From Planctomycetota bacterium (lineage in GTDB: Bacteria > Planctomycetota > GCA-002687715 > DRQF01), in contig JAWKSY010000022.1 in the NCBI GenBank assembly GCA_041402125.1, forward strand, positions 8,122 through 72,121: a DNA stretch of 64,000 bases, read 5' to 3'. Under the pieces are notes generated by a model. That model was not told the origin of the DNA. It did no database searches and was given only the letters and a program-made list of their open reading frames with translations. The first letter of the stretch is position 1, and the number at the start of each line of letters is the position of its first letter. This document shows positions 9,048 to 19,068 of the stretch, one piece after another. The position numbers and the translations under genes were made by a program.

Positions 9048-9192
9048 CGGTTCGCTCCAGTCGTGGCGTCGAAGGGGATGCTAACCGACACGGGGCTTCG
9101 GAGGGCCGGTCGGGTCCGCTTCGGATCGTCAGGACTGGAACGCGCGAGGCGCCGGCGGCTTTCGCTCTTGAAAGGGCCGGCGCCGAGGATCT

Positions 9193-10038
9193 TCAGTCGA
9201 GGTCGAAGAATCCGAGGAGGAGCTCGCCCAGGAACTCGATCGTGAGCGCCGAGGCGGGCACCGCGGCGGACCGGCGGCCGGGATGCCGCGTCGGGGGGAG
9301 GTCGCGACCGTAGTCGAGCTTGGCCGGGGCGGCGGGGGCGTCGCCGGCGGCGTTGCGATCCTGGGCGAAGCGGAGGACCGCCTGGTACTCGCCGTGATCG
9401 AACCAGATGCCGTGCTCGCGGCAGACGTCGATCATGATCCCGGAGGTCGTGGCGAAGTTGCGGGGCGTCATCCGGTCGCGGCAGATCGGACAGGCGAGAT
9501 ACCGGAAGGCATGTTTCGCGAGCGCGACCTCGCCCTCGGGGTGCGACGCGATCGGATCGACGTGGCGGCTCCGCGCGCGGTGAACGGCGTTCTTGAAGAC
9601 GTCGGGGCTCAGCCAGATCCCGGCGCAGGACGTGCACTCGCCGATCGAGATCTCCTCGTCCAGCAGGCGCACGCGCATCTCGCTCTCGCAGCGCGGGCAG
9701 GGCGAGTCGTGGGGGAGGGCGATCAGCACCTGGGGGCGGATCTCGAGTCCGCACTCCATGCAGAAGTGCGCCCGGTCGCTCATCCGCGCGCCGCAGCCCG
9801 GACAGACCGACGCGAGATGTCGCTCCTCGATGGTCACGCCCGAGTAACAGTAGCCGCAGCTCGAGGCGTCCGCCTCGAGGCCGGCGCCGCAGCTCGAACA
9901 GCGGACCGCGCGGGGCGAGTGGGGCGGCGGTTCGACGACGGGGACGCCCTCGCCGCAGAGGCAGCGGAGGATCTCGCCCTCCTCGAGATGACGCGCGTCG
10001 TACTGACGGTGACAGGCCTTGCACATGACCAGTCGCAT
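9193..10038 (-). CDS. Cys-rich multi-zinc-ribbon protein (five CxxC...CxxC modules, zf-TFIIB / double-zinc-ribbon like)
   Basis: The 281-aa product starts MRLVMCKACHRQY and carries CSSCGAG..CGYC, CPGCGARM..CMEC, CPRCESEM..CTSC and CPICRDRM. The ATG at 10038 is preceded by GGAGGA. It lies 36 nt downstream of GH95 on the same strand. The 733-aa track ORF is an upstream artefact. Confidence 0.65.
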   Translation of the reverse strand: MRLVMCKACHRQYDARHLEEGEILRCLCGEGVPVVEPPPHSPRAVRCSSCGAGLEADASSCGYCYSGVTIEERHLASVCPGCGARMSDRAHFCMECGLEIRPQVLIALPHDSPCPRCESEMRVRLLDEEISIGECTSCAGIWLSPDVFKNAVHRARSRHVDPIASHPEGEVALAKHAFRYLACPICRDRMTPRNFATTSGIMIDVCREHGIWFDHGEYQAVLRFAQDRNAAGDAPAAPAKLDYGRDLPPTRHPGRRSAAVPASALTIEFLGELLLGFFDLD

Positions 10039-10073
10039 CGTCGTGTCCTCCGTCCGTACCCGTCCCGGCCGCC

Positions 10074-12914
10074 TCACTCCGCCCGGCGCACCTTGAATGC
10101 CATCGACTCCTTCGTCGCCTCGGCTGGAGATTTCGGCCGCGCGGTCGTCAGCCCCGCGGCGTCGTGGGTGATCTCCCAGCTTTCCGGCGCCTCGAGGACG
10201 AGTCCCTCGCCGAGGCGGATCCGGAGGGGTCCCGCGCCGTTCGTCGTGATGTCGGCGTCGAGCAGGCGGCCCTCGCGCCAGCGGAGCGAGACCTCGAAAC
10301 CGCCGCGCGCCCGCAGGCCGTGGATCTCGCCGAAGGGCCACTCCGCGGGGAGCGCGGGCAGGAGCTCGAGCACGCCGCCGCCGGAGTGCAGCAGCATCTC
10401 GGCCACGCCTGCCGTCAGGCCGAAGTTGCCGTCGATCTGGAAGGGCGGGTGCAGATCGAAGAGGTTCGTCGCGAGCGAACGACGCGCGAACTCGAGCAGG
10501 TGCTCGTGGGCCGCGACGCCGTCGTGGAGCCGCGCGAAGAAGGAGATCGTCCAGGCGCGGCTCCAGCCCGTGCCCGCGCCCCCCGCGGTGAGCCGGGCCT
10601 CGAGGGTCCGCCGGGCGGCGGCGGCGAGGGCGGGGTTCACGGCGGGATCGATCGCCTCGCCGGGATGGAGGCCGTAGAGCGGGGAGACGTGCCGGTGGCC
10701 GGGCTCGGCCTCCGGCCGCGGGCGATCCCATTCGCGGAGCCGCCCGTCCGCCTCGACGAGGTAACCCGGCGCGAGTCGGGGTCGCGCCCGCGCGACCTCG
10801 AGGATGAAGTCGCGCTCCGCGGGATCGGCGTCGAGTCCGAGCGTCTCGGCCGCGGCGAGCGTCCAGGCGAAGAGGTCGTCGGCGAGCTGCTGATCGAGGG
10901 CGGGTCCCATCACGAGGCTCGCCGACCGGCCGGCGTCGTCGAGGAAGGAGTTCTCGGGCGAGGTCGAGGGGCCGGACACGAGTCGCCCCGTGTCGGGATC
11001 CTCGACGAGCCAGTCGAGCCAGAAGCGCGCCGCGCCCCGCAGGATCGGCCAGGCCCGTTCGCGGAGGAAGGTCTCGTCGCGACCGAAGTCCCAGTGCTCG
11101 AAGAGATGCCGGCAGAGCCAGGCGTTGCTCGCGTGCCAGAAACCCCAGTAGGGCTCCGTCGCGCGCGTGAAAACGGGAGCCCAGGCGTCCGTCGCGTGCG
11201 GCGCGACCCAGCCGCGACAGCCGAAGCTGCGCCAGGCGCGTCGCTCGCCGCGTTCGGCGAGGCGGTCGACGAGATCGAAGAGGGGCTCGTGGCAATCCGC
11301 GAGGTTGGTGACCTCGGCGGGCCAGTAGTTCATCTGGAGGTTGATGTTCAGGTGGTAGTCGGCGTTCCAGGGCGCGGCGAGATGCTCGTTCCACAGCCCC
11401 TGGAGGTTCGCGGGCAGGGTGCCCGGTCGCGAGGAGCAGACGAGGAGGTAGCGGCCGTACTGGAAGAGGAGGGCGGCGAGATCCGGATCGAGAACGGGCC
11501 GGCGACGGACCTCGGCGAGGCGCGCGTCCGTGGCGCGAGCGCTGCCCTTCGACTTCGGCAGCTCGAGCCAGCAGCGCGCCATCAGGGAGCGATGGTCCTC
11601 GACCGCGGCCGCGATCCGCGACTCCGCGTCCGCGCCGGGGGTCGGGCGCCGATCGGAGGCGGCGGCGGGACGGGGGAAGTCGGTGTCGATCCGGACGACG
11701 AGCACGACGCGATCCGCGCCGGCGATGACGAGGCGCTCGCCCTCGGCGCGGACCGTGCCGCCCTCGACGTGGGGAGCGGCCTCGACGCGGAAGGACGTGC
11801 CGGGGGCGGCGTCTCCGAAGAGCGCGGTCTCGGGCTGTCGGGCCCGCCCCGTCATGAGGAGACGAGGAGCGAGCTCGCCGCCGTCGCGGACGACGCGCGT
11901 CTCCGCGGTGGGGCCTCGCGCGTCCGCCGGACGATCGAGTCCAACGGCAAGTGAGATCGCACCCGGTCGATCGGCCTCCAGCACGACGAGAAGGACCTCC
12001 TCGGGGCGGCTCGCCACCACGCGGCGTCGGTGGCGGACGCCGTCGAGCAAGAAGCTCGTCTCGGCGACTCCCGTCGCGAGGTCGAGGCGGCGTCGGAAGT
12101 CGGTCACGCGTCCCGCCGGCAGGTCGAAGTCCAGCCGAAGGTCGCCGGCCGTCTGGTGGCTGCGCACGATCGACCCGGCCGAGAACTCCGCCATCACGCG
12201 GCGGCTCGCCTCGGCGTGGCGGCCCGCGAAGAGGTCACCCCGCAGCTCGGCGAGGCGGATCGGGTCGCCGCGTTCGAGTGCGGTGTCCGGGCCACCGGCC
12301 CAGATCGAGTCCTCGTCGAGCTGGATGCGTTCGTCCTCGAGGCGTCCGAAGACCATCGCGCCGAGCCGGCCGTTGCCCACGGGGAGGGCCTCGAGGAAGG
12401 TCGACGCCGGCTGGGGGTACCAGAGGATCCGTCGTCCCTCGCCGCCGGTCCGCGCACCCAGCACGAGCCGTTCGGGGCCGGTGGCTCCGACCTCCAGGTA
12501 CTCGTCGCCGCCGGCGTCGTGGTAGTCGAGGCGGAAGAGATAGCGGCCGGGGGCGAGGGGGATCGTGCCCTCGCGCCGCCGTCTCGCGTGATTCCCGCCG
12601 TTGTCGACGACGAGCTGGCCGCCGATCCAGAGCCGGCTCCCGTCGTCCGACTCGGTGAAGAATCGCCAGAGGCCGGCCTCGGAGACCTCGATCTCGCCCT
12701 CGAATCGCAGCGCGTAGCGGTCCGGTCGCGGCCGGCGATCGAGCGAGACGAGGTCCGTGATCCCCGTCTTCACCGGCGTCAGGGGCTCGAGATCCGGCAG
12801 CTCGTTCCAGTTTCCCTCGAAGGCCGACCAGGCGATCTCGGGGAGGAATCGCACGCCCTCCGACTGGGCCGGGGCGAGCGCGGCGAGGAGGAGCAGCAGC
12901 AAGGCGATACGCAT
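10074..12914 (-). CDS. Glycoside hydrolase family 95 alpha-L-fucosidase with N-terminal PA14-like domain, signal peptide
   Basis: The signal peptide is MRIALLLLLLAALAPAQS. A PA14-like block (GNWNELPDLEPL ... RFFTESDDGSRLWIGGQLVVDNGG) precedes the GH95 core. The core reads RILWYPQPASTFLEALPVGNGRLGAMVFG, LPANLQGLWNEHLAAPWNADYHLNINLQMNYWPAEV, GWSRAWTISFFARL and FQIDGNFG. Confidence 0.85.
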   Translation of the reverse strand: MRIALLLLLLAALAPAQSEGVRFLPEIAWSAFEGNWNELPDLEPLTPVKTGITDLVSLDRRPRPDRYALRFEGEIEVSEAGLWRFFTESDDGSRLWIGGQLVVDNGGNHARRRREGTIPLAPGRYLFRLDYHDAGGDEYLEVGATGPERLVLGARTGGEGRRILWYPQPASTFLEALPVGNGRLGAMVFGRLEDERIQLDEDSIWAGGPDTALERGDPIRLAELRGDLFAGRHAEASRRVMAEFSAGSIVRSHQTAGDLRLDFDLPAGRVTDFRRRLDLATGVAETSFLLDGVRHRRRVVASRPEEVLLVVLEADRPGAISLAVGLDRPADARGPTAETRVVRDGGELAPRLLMTGRARQPETALFGDAAPGTSFRVEAAPHVEGGTVRAEGERLVIAGADRVVLVVRIDTDFPRPAAASDRRPTPGADAESRIAAAVEDHRSLMARCWLELPKSKGSARATDARLAEVRRRPVLDPDLAALLFQYGRYLLVCSSRPGTLPANLQGLWNEHLAAPWNADYHLNINLQMNYWPAEVTNLADCHEPLFDLVDRLAERGERRAWRSFGCRGWVAPHATDAWAPVFTRATEPYWGFWHASNAWLCRHLFEHWDFGRDETFLRERAWPILRGAARFWLDWLVEDPDTGRLVSGPSTSPENSFLDDAGRSASLVMGPALDQQLADDLFAWTLAAAETLGLDADPAERDFILEVARARPRLAPGYLVEADGRLREWDRPRPEAEPGHRHVSPLYGLHPGEAIDPAVNPALAAAARRTLEARLTAGGAGTGWSRAWTISFFARLHDGVAAHEHLLEFARRSLATNLFDLHPPFQIDGNFGLTAGVAEMLLHSGGGVLELLPALPAEWPFGEIHGLRARGGFEVSLRWREGRLLDADITTNGAGPLRIRLGEGLVLEAPESWEITHDAAGLTTARPKSPAEATKESMAFKVRRAE

Positions 12915-13054
12915 GGGGGGCTCCTTCGACGCCGGTGGCGCTCCGCCCGGCCCGGGCCGGCGGGGTCGACCGAATCCTCGCCCCCGGAGCGCCGTCTGTC
13001 GAGCATCGTCACCGCGGCCGGGAGGGCGCCTCCGCGGTCCGGGGGAGCATTTTC

Positions 13055-14122
13055 ATGCCCTCTCCTTGGCGTCGCCGGTCCGCGTTCGATAGATCCGGGG
13101 GGAGAGCGCGGACGGTGTTCCAGAACCACATCCACAACCTGCGGGGGCTGGCGATCCTGGGCATCGTCGGCGCGCACTCGATCCACGCCTTCGACTGGTC
13201 GGCGCGGCCGACCTGGTATCGCGTCTTCGACACGATCTGCAACCAGAGTTCGATCCTCTTCTTCTTCATCGCCGGCTACCTCTTCCAGCACCTCTCGGCG
13301 AAGTTCGGCTACGGGAGGTACCTCCAGCGGAAGCTGACGACGGTCATCGTTCCCTACCTCATCCTCTCGCTGCCGGCCTTGATCGTCTCGACCGGATGGT
13401 CCGGGCCGCCGATGATCCCGCAGGACAGCGTCTGGGCCGGCTTCTACGACATGCCGGCCTGGCAGCAGGTGCTGGCCTTCTACGCGACGGGCAAGCACCT
13501 CGCGCCCTTCTGGTTCGTGCCGACGATCGCGCTCTTCTACGTCGCGGCGCCGCTCCTCCTCGCGCTCGATCGCAACCGTCTCGTCTACTGGCTCCTGCCC
13601 GCCTTCATGGCCTACTCGGCCTGGGCCGGGCGCGACTTCCTCTTCGGGCCCTTCGGGAAGGGCGCCTACCTCTTCTCGATCTACCTGCTCGGGATGTTCT
13701 TCAGCCGCTACAAGGCGGAGACCCTGCTCTGGGCCGACCGGCTCCGCTGGCCGCTCATCGTCGCGGCGGGCACGCTCTTCTGGCTCAACGTGCGCGAGGC
13801 GCACCCGCACCACGGCATCCTCTACGGCCTGAAGCTCTGCCTCTGCCCGATCTCGGTGCACTACCTGAAGAAGTGGGATCCCTTCCTGAAGAAGCGCTTC
13901 GACCACCTCGCTCACGTCAGCTTCGGGCTCTTCTTCGTGCACGGCTACTTCATCTCGGGCGGTCGGCTCCTCTACGAGCACTTCACCGAGCAGCCGCTCC
14001 CCGAGGGGACGGTTCCGCGCTACCTCGCCTTCGCGGCCCTGATCCTCGCCCTTTCTCTCGGGACCCTCGCCGCCGCCCGACGGGTCCTCGGCGCCCGGAG
14101 CCGCCTCCTCGTCGGCTGCTGA
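13055..14122 (+). CDS. Acyltransferase family 3 (OafA/YrhL-like membrane O-acyltransferase)
   Basis: The motif NLRGLAILGIVGAHSIHAF sits at the N-terminus of about 10 hydrophobic segments. The start is either ATG at 13055 or GTG near 13115. The track ORF starting at 12935 has an upstream extension with poor coding character. Confidence 0.7.
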   Translation: MPSPWRRRSAFDRSGGRARTVFQNHIHNLRGLAILGIVGAHSIHAFDWSARPTWYRVFDTICNQSSILFFFIAGYLFQHLSAKFGYGRYLQRKLTTVIVPYLILSLPALIVSTGWSGPPMIPQDSVWAGFYDMPAWQQVLAFYATGKHLAPFWFVPTIALFYVAAPLLLALDRNRLVYWLLPAFMAYSAWAGRDFLFGPFGKGAYLFSIYLLGMFFSRYKAETLLWADRLRWPLIVAAGTLFWLNVREAHPHHGILYGLKLCLCPISVHYLKKWDPFLKKRFDHLAHVSFGLFFVHGYFISGGRLLYEHFTEQPLPEGTVPRYLAFAALILALSLGTLAAARRVLGARSRLLVGC

Positions 14123-14183
14123 TCTTCCCGGTAGGATCGGGGGAGACCGCGGCCCGCGACGCCGCGGCCGGATCGGAGCAGGC

Positions 14184-14843
14184 ATGGTCGTCCCGGAACG
14201 CCTCGACACGCGTCAGAACCTCCTCGAGGCCGCGCGCGAGGTCTTCGTCGAGCACGGATACCACAAGGCCGGCGTGCGCGAGATCGCGCGGCGGGCCGAC
14301 GCCAACGTCGCGGCCGTCAACTACCACTTCGGCTCCAAGGCCGAGCTCTACCGGCAGGTCCTGACGACCGTCTTCGAGTCGATCCCCGCCTCGCTCGCGA
14401 TGCCCCGCCTCGCCGACGACCCCGAGAACCCGGAGGCGCTCGTCGCCCGATTCGTCCGCTGGCACGCCGAGCGCGTCCTCGGACGCCGGGCGGGGGACTT
14501 CACGCGGCTCTTCCTCCGGGAGATGCAGGAGCCGAGTCCGGTCTTCGCGACCTTCATCGATCTCTCGATCCGGCCGATCTTCAACACGCTGACGGAGATC
14601 GTCGCCGCGATCCTCGAGATCGAGCCCTTCGCGGTCGAGGCCCGGCAGGCGGCGGTGTCGATCGTCGGTCAGTACGTGATCTACAAGCACAACGAGGCGA
14701 TGCTGCCGCAGTTCTTCCCCGAGGTCGGCTTCGACGACGACGAGGTCGCGGCGCTCGCCGAGCGCATCGCTGCCTTCTCGATCGGCGGTCTGCGCGAGCT
14801 CAAGGCGCGGATCCACGGCGAGGGAGGAGGGGAGGCGCGATGA
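14184..14843 (+). CDS. TetR/AcrR family transcriptional regulator
   Basis: The N-terminal HTH reads RQNLLEAAREVFVEHGYHKAGVREIARRADANVAAVNYHFGSKAELY. Confidence 0.85.
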   Translation: MVVPERLDTRQNLLEAAREVFVEHGYHKAGVREIARRADANVAAVNYHFGSKAELYRQVLTTVFESIPASLAMPRLADDPENPEALVARFVRWHAERVLGRRAGDFTRLFLREMQEPSPVFATFIDLSIRPIFNTLTEIVAAILEIEPFAVEARQAAVSIVGQYVIYKHNEAMLPQFFPEVGFDDDEVAALAERIAAFSIGGLRELKARIHGEGGGEAR

Positions 14844-15715
14844 GCGACGGGAGCGGAGCCGAGCTCGAGGCGGTCGCGGCGCCGAGGCCCTGCGACCTCT
14901 GCGGGGGCACGCGGCACGAGCCGCTTCTTCACAAGCGCGGAGCGAACTACCTGCTCTGCGCGGACTGCGGTCTCATCCAGTCCGACCTGGACGTCTCCGC
15001 GGCCGGCGAGGAGAACCTCGACTACTTCGGCGACGCGCTCGACAAGTACTCGCGACGGCACTACGCCCCGAAGCACCAGTTCCGGCTCTCGAAGCGGCTG
15101 CGGAAGTTCGCGCCCTACCGGAAGCTGAACCGCATCCTCGAGGTGGGGGCGAACGTCGGCGGCTTCGTCCATCGCGCCCGCGAGGAGGGCTGGGAGGCCG
15201 TCGGCGTCGAGCCGGTCGCCGCCTGTTGCGAGGTGGCGCGCGAGCGCCACGGCGTCGAGCTGGTCTGCGCGCTCCTCGAGGAGGCCGGGCTGCCCGAGGC
15301 CTCCTTCGACGCGGTCTTCACCAACGCCGTCTTCGAGCACCTGCCCTCGCCGCGCGTCATCCTCGCCGAGATCGTCCGGCTGCTCCGGCCGGGCGGCGTC
15401 GTCTTCATCGACACCGTGAACTGGGACTCCTACACCCGACGGAACCTCGGCGCGGACTGGAAGCTCATCGATCCGAGCCACCACGTGGTCCTCTTCACGC
15501 CCGAGACGCTCCGTCGCTACTGCGAGGACGCCGGCCTCGAGGTCGTCGCGCTCGACACGCGCGGCGTGCGCTTCCTCCCCAACGAATCCGAGCGACCGCG
15601 CGGTCTCGCGAAGCTGCGGGACGAGCTCCGCAAGGCTCCGCTCAGCCTCGCGACGCGCTTCAACGGCAAGGGCGACAGCGTCGAGATCCTCGCGCGCAAG
15701 CCCGAGCGCGGCTGA
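14840..15715 (+). CDS. Class I SAM-dependent methyltransferase (Methyltransf_23-like) with N-terminal Cys4 zinc ribbon
   Basis: The Cys4 ribbon is CDLCGG...CADCG. Motif I (ILEVGANVGGFV) and the post-I motif (LLRPGGVVFIDTVN) follow. Its start overlaps the TetR stop as ATGA. Confidence 0.8.
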   Translation: MSDGSGAELEAVAAPRPCDLCGGTRHEPLLHKRGANYLLCADCGLIQSDLDVSAAGEENLDYFGDALDKYSRRHYAPKHQFRLSKRLRKFAPYRKLNRILEVGANVGGFVHRAREEGWEAVGVEPVAACCEVARERHGVELVCALLEEAGLPEASFDAVFTNAVFEHLPSPRVILAEIVRLLRPGGVVFIDTVNWDSYTRRNLGADWKLIDPSHHVVLFTPETLRRYCEDAGLEVVALDTRGVRFLPNESERPRGLAKLRDELRKAPLSLATRFNGKGDSVEILARKPERG

Positions 15716-15720
15716 ACCGT

Positions 15721-16737
15721 TCAGTCCGAGGTCTTCGGCAGGGGACGGTAGCCCTCGCGGTCGCGGATCCAGCGCAGGAAGCGCTTGGGGTCGATGCCGC
15801 TCTCGAAGGGACTCGGCAGGTAGCGGATGCGGTGTCCGCGGTAGGGCTCGATCCGCACGCCGCGCAGCGGACGGAGGTCTCCGGTCGGCGAGATCCGTTC
15901 ATCGCCGATGACGGCCGGATCGCGCGGCACCCGCGCCATGAACCCGTCGCTGAAGAGCTCGAGGTAGTCGAGCTCCCGTTCGAGCTCCGCGTCGCCCCGG
16001 GCGAGACCCGCCGCCGTGACGTGCTCGGCCGAACCTTCCGGGCGGAAGCGCATCGGGCCCGCCGGCGGCGCGGTCACATGGTCGACCCAGACGCGCCCCT
16101 CGGCGACGTAGACGCTGCGCCAGAGGAGCAGGCTCAGAGGCATCGGCAGGGAGCGCGCGCGCTCGATCCGGTGGCCCCGGCTCGCCGCGATCTCGGCCTG
16201 CGCCCCGGCGACCCGCTCGTGCTGGATCACCCCGAGGCCGCAGTAGAGGACGAAGGCGAGCAGCGCGAGGACCGCGGGGCGCCGTCGCCCGCGGCGGTGC
16301 GAGAGCACCACGCCGACCAGCAGCGACAGCGTGGGGATCGGATCGATGATCGGGAGGCAGTCCCAGGCCGTGCGCGCGTCGCTGAAGGGCCAGAGGAGAT
16401 GCGTTCCGTAGCTCGTGCAGGCGTCCATGAGGCCGTGCGTCGCGTAGGCCGCCAGCGAGGCGCCGAGCACCGCCCGCCAGCGCTCGCGGAAGCGTGGGGA
16501 GGCGAGGAAGGGCAGGGCGGCGATGAGGGCCCCGACGGGGATGAAGGCGAGACAGTGCGTGAAGTGGCGGTGGAGGATCTCGGGGAAGGGATGGTCCACC
16601 GCCCGCACGATCAGGACGTCCACGTCGGCGAGGGCGCCGGAGACGGCCCCGATCCAGGTCGCGGAGCGCTCGAGCGATCGCGAGTAGAGGGCGCGGGCGG
16701 CCGCCGCGCCCAGCAAGGCCTGGCTCAGGTTGTCCAT
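15721..16737 (-). CDS. Membrane-bound metal-dependent hydrolase, YdjM/DUF457 family
   Basis: The product starts MDNLSQALLGAAAARAL and carries His-rich motifs (HRHFTHCLAF, HGLMDACTSYGTHLLWPF). The hydrophobic N-terminal half fits the family. Confidence 0.7.
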   Translation of the reverse strand: MDNLSQALLGAAAARALYSRSLERSATWIGAVSGALADVDVLIVRAVDHPFPEILHRHFTHCLAFIPVGALIAALPFLASPRFRERWRAVLGASLAAYATHGLMDACTSYGTHLLWPFSDARTAWDCLPIIDPIPTLSLLVGVVLSHRRGRRRPAVLALLAFVLYCGLGVIQHERVAGAQAEIAASRGHRIERARSLPMPLSLLLWRSVYVAEGRVWVDHVTAPPAGPMRFRPEGSAEHVTAAGLARGDAELERELDYLELFSDGFMARVPRDPAVIGDERISPTGDLRPLRGVRIEPYRGHRIRYLPSPFESGIDPKRFLRWIRDREGYRPLPKTSD

Positions 16738-16908
16738 CGTCCGCGCGTGCGCTCCCGTCTCCGCGTGCCGACCGCCGCAATCCCGGGCGCGCGGTCGAAG
16801 TCGCTGTCAGAGGATGTCACCCTTGCGGCGGCGGCGCTCGCCGGAGTCCCGCCCCGTGAGGCCCATACGCCTACGCGCCCCGGGGCGCGAGGTTCCGGAG
16901 AGAACGCC

Positions 16909-17259
16909 ATGAATCGCACCGCTCGCCTCGTCCTCGCCTTCATCGCCGTCCTGATCCTGATCGGCGTCGTCGGGGTCGCCGTCAAGGGGACACACGCCCT
17001 GACGGGGCTCTACGTCGGCGCCGGGCTCTCGCTGCTCCTCCTCGTGCCCTTCTTCCGGGCGAAGGCGGGCCACGCGGGCGCGCGGACGCTCGCCTTCTGG
17101 ATGAGCATCGTCTTCTTCGTGCTCGTGCTCGGTCGCGCGGTCCCGGCCTGGATGAAGATCGCGAACGGCAGTTCGGACAAGGTCTTCGCCGCCGTCCTGA
17201 TCTCCTCGATGGGCGCCGCCTGCGCCCTCTTCGCCGCCCTCTTCCGCGCTCGTGAATAA
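16909..17259 (+). CDS. Small membrane protein of unknown function (116 aa, 3-4 TM)
   Basis: The ATG is preceded by GGAGAG, and GC3 bias is strong. The product MNRTARLVLAFIAVLILIGVVGV... is hydrophobic. Its stop, TAA, lies inside palindromic repeat copy A1. The 677-aa track ORF upstream is an artefact. Confidence 0.5.
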   Translation: MNRTARLVLAFIAVLILIGVVGVAVKGTHALTGLYVGAGLSLLLLVPFFRAKAGHAGARTLAFWMSIVFFVLVLGRAVPAWMKIANGSSDKVFAAVLISSMGAACALFAALFRARE

Positions 17260-17329
17260 AAGGGGTCAGACCCCATTTATTCAATTTGGGCCCCATTTTG
17301 AATAAATGGGGTCTGACCCAATTTATTCA
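17253..17329. repeat. Two inverted copies of a 31-bp AT-rich palindromic element (TGAATAAAAGGGGTCAGACCCCATTTATTCA at 17253-17283, TGAATAAATGGGGTCTGACCCAATTTATTCA at 17299-17329) filling the convergent intergenic gap
   Basis: Read directly from the sequence. Each copy is a GC stem flanked by A/T-rich arms on both sides, so it looks like a bidirectional intrinsic terminator. The same element recurs at 26096 and 29488-29564. Confidence 0.6.
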
Positions 17330-17331
17330 TT

Positions 17332-18795
17332 TCACTCGGGGAGCGGGACGGGGAAGACCTCGTTCGGCTCTCGGTCCTCGCGCGCGATGGTCTTGAGGCG
17401 CGCGACGATGTCCGGATGGGCGTCCGCGACGTTCGTCGACTCCGCGGGATCGGTCTCGAGGTCGTAGAGCTGGACGGCCTTCGGGCGCTTGGTCTTCAGC
17501 CCGGCCCAGATCGCCTTCCAGCGGCCCTCGATGACGGCGATCTGGCCGCCGTACTCGGGGAACTCCCAGTGGAGGAAGGCGTGCTTCGGCTGCTCCTTCC
17601 GCCCGAGGAGGGTGGGGAGGTAGCTGAGGCCCTGGCCTCCGGCCGGGACCTCGTATCCGCAGAGCTCGCCCAGCGTCGGCATCAGGTCCTGGAAGCCGGA
17701 GACGTGATCGGTGACGGTCCCCGGCGCGACGCGGCCCGTCCAGCGCGCGATCGTCGGCACGCGGAGTCCGCCCTCGTAGACGGATCCCTTGCGACCGCGC
17801 AGGTCGCCGGCGCTGCGGAAGAAGGTGGTGTCGACACCGCCGACGTCGTGCGTCGGACCGTTGTCGCTCGTGAAGAGGACGAGCGTGTCCGGACCGAGTC
17901 CGAGCTCGTCGATCAGGCCCACCACCCGTCCCACGTGATCGTCGAGGTGGCTGATCATCGCCGCGTAGCCGGCGCGGGGACGCGGGTGGAGATAGCCGCG
18001 GCCGCCGAGATAGGGCGCCTCGTCCCACTCCTTCGGGTAGCGGTCCACCCAGCTCTGCGGCGGTTGCATCGCGAGGTGCGGCTCGACGAGAGGCAGGTAG
18101 AGGAAGAAGGGGCGATCGGCGTGGCGACGCACGAAGCCGAGCGCGGCCTCGATCATCAGGTCCGGCGCGTACTGATTGCCGCGGAAACGGCTCCAGTCTT
18201 CGGGCGCTTCCGCGAGCTTCTGGTGCGGCCGGAACGAAGGGTTGTCGAGGGGGAACTTCTCGCGGTTCAGCCAGAGATGCTCGGGGTAGAAGTTGTGGGC
18301 CTGACGCTGGCAGTTGTAGCCGAAGAAGAGGTCGAAGCCCTGGCCCACGGGATCGGAGTCCGTTCCGGGCGGGCCGAGGCCCCACTTCCCCATGCCGCCG
18401 GTCGCGTAGCCTCGCGAACGCATGAGCTCGGCGACGGTGACGACGTCGCCGCCCATCGGGTGCTGGCCCTCCGGCTTGAACTCCTTGTTCCCCCGGATCC
18501 TCGCGTGAGGGAGCGAGCGGCCGCTCATGAGGACGCAGCGCGAAGGCGCGCAGACCGGGGCGCCGGCGTAGTGCCGCGTGAAGCGCATCCCCTGGGTCGC
18601 GAGGCGATCGAGGTTCGGCGTCGCGATCTTCTCCTGCCCGTAGCAGCCGAGCTCTCCGTAGCCGAGATCGTCGGCGAGGATGACCACGACGTTCGGGAGG
18701 CGGGGCGCGGGGGCAGGTGCCGGATCCTGCGCGGGAAGGCCCGCTGCGAGGAGGAAGAGTCCGATCCCGATGGCGAGGAAGATCTTGTGACACAT
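17332..18795 (-). CDS. Formylglycine-dependent sulfatase (arylsulfatase A family), signal peptide
   Basis: The core reads [19 protein letters not shown] ... [12 protein letters not shown] (CxPxR motif) ... GKWGLG ... LFTSDNGP. Confidence 0.9.
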   Translation of the reverse strand: MCHKIFLAIGIGLFLLAAGLPAQDPAPAPAPRLPNVVVILADDLGYGELGCYGQEKIATPNLDRLATQGMRFTRHYAGAPVCAPSRCVLMSGRSLPHARIRGNKEFKPEGQHPMGGDVVTVAELMRSRGYATGGMGKWGLGPPGTDSDPVGQGFDLFFGYNCQRQAHNFYPEHLWLNREKFPLDNPSFRPHQKLAEAPEDWSRFRGNQYAPDLMIEAALGFVRRHADRPFFLYLPLVEPHLAMQPPQSWVDRYPKEWDEAPYLGGRGYLHPRPRAGYAAMISHLDDHVGRVVGLIDELGLGPDTLVLFTSDNGPTHDVGGVDTTFFRSAGDLRGRKGSVYEGGLRVPTIARWTGRVAPGTVTDHVSGFQDLMPTLGELCGYEVPAGGQGLSYLPTLLGRKEQPKHAFLHWEFPEYGGQIAVIEGRWKAIWAGLKTKRPKAVQLYDLETDPAESTNVADAHPDIVARLKTIAREDREPNEVFPVPLPE

Positions 18796-18913
18796 GGGGC
18801 GGGTTCGCTCCGAGGGGCCAGGGGCGGTATCCTACCCCGTTCCGCCGCGGCCGTCCCGGGATCGGGCGGCGGGGAGGCAGCGACGCAAGCCCCTGGGGCA
18901 AAGCGGCTTCGGC

Positions 18914-18938
18914 GCGCCGGTCCTCCGGCGCCTTTTTT
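18914..18938 (+). terminator. Terminator-like hairpin (GCGCCGG tcct CCGGCGC) followed by TTTTTT in the sulfatase/rpsN divergent intergenic region; possible leader attenuator or sRNA 3' end
   Basis: A 7-bp GC stem with a 4-nt loop and a T6 run was read on the plus strand, 130 nt upstream of rpsN. No upstream plus-strand CDS explains it. Confidence 0.3.
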
Positions 18939-19068
18939 GTCCGGGCCGGTGGAAGCCGGCCCCGGGCCTCGATACATTGTCGGGCCGCGGATGGTCCGAG
19001 AGGGCCCCAGGGGAACCGGATGGCCCCGGACGACCGCGGGAACCGATCACGAGACCGGACAGGGACTC

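Noticed and set aside
9193-11394. 733-aa ORF containing the zinc-ribbon protein
   Set aside because: The N-terminal 450 codons are Arg/Pro-rich antisense of GH95. The real gene begins at the internal ATG at 10038, which has a GGAGGA RBS.
15226-17259. 677-aa plus-strand ORF overlapping the YdjM-like gene
   Set aside because: Only the last 116 codons (16909-17259) form a hydrophobic small protein with an RBS and good GC3. The upstream 560 codons are antisense junk of the minus-strand hydrolase.
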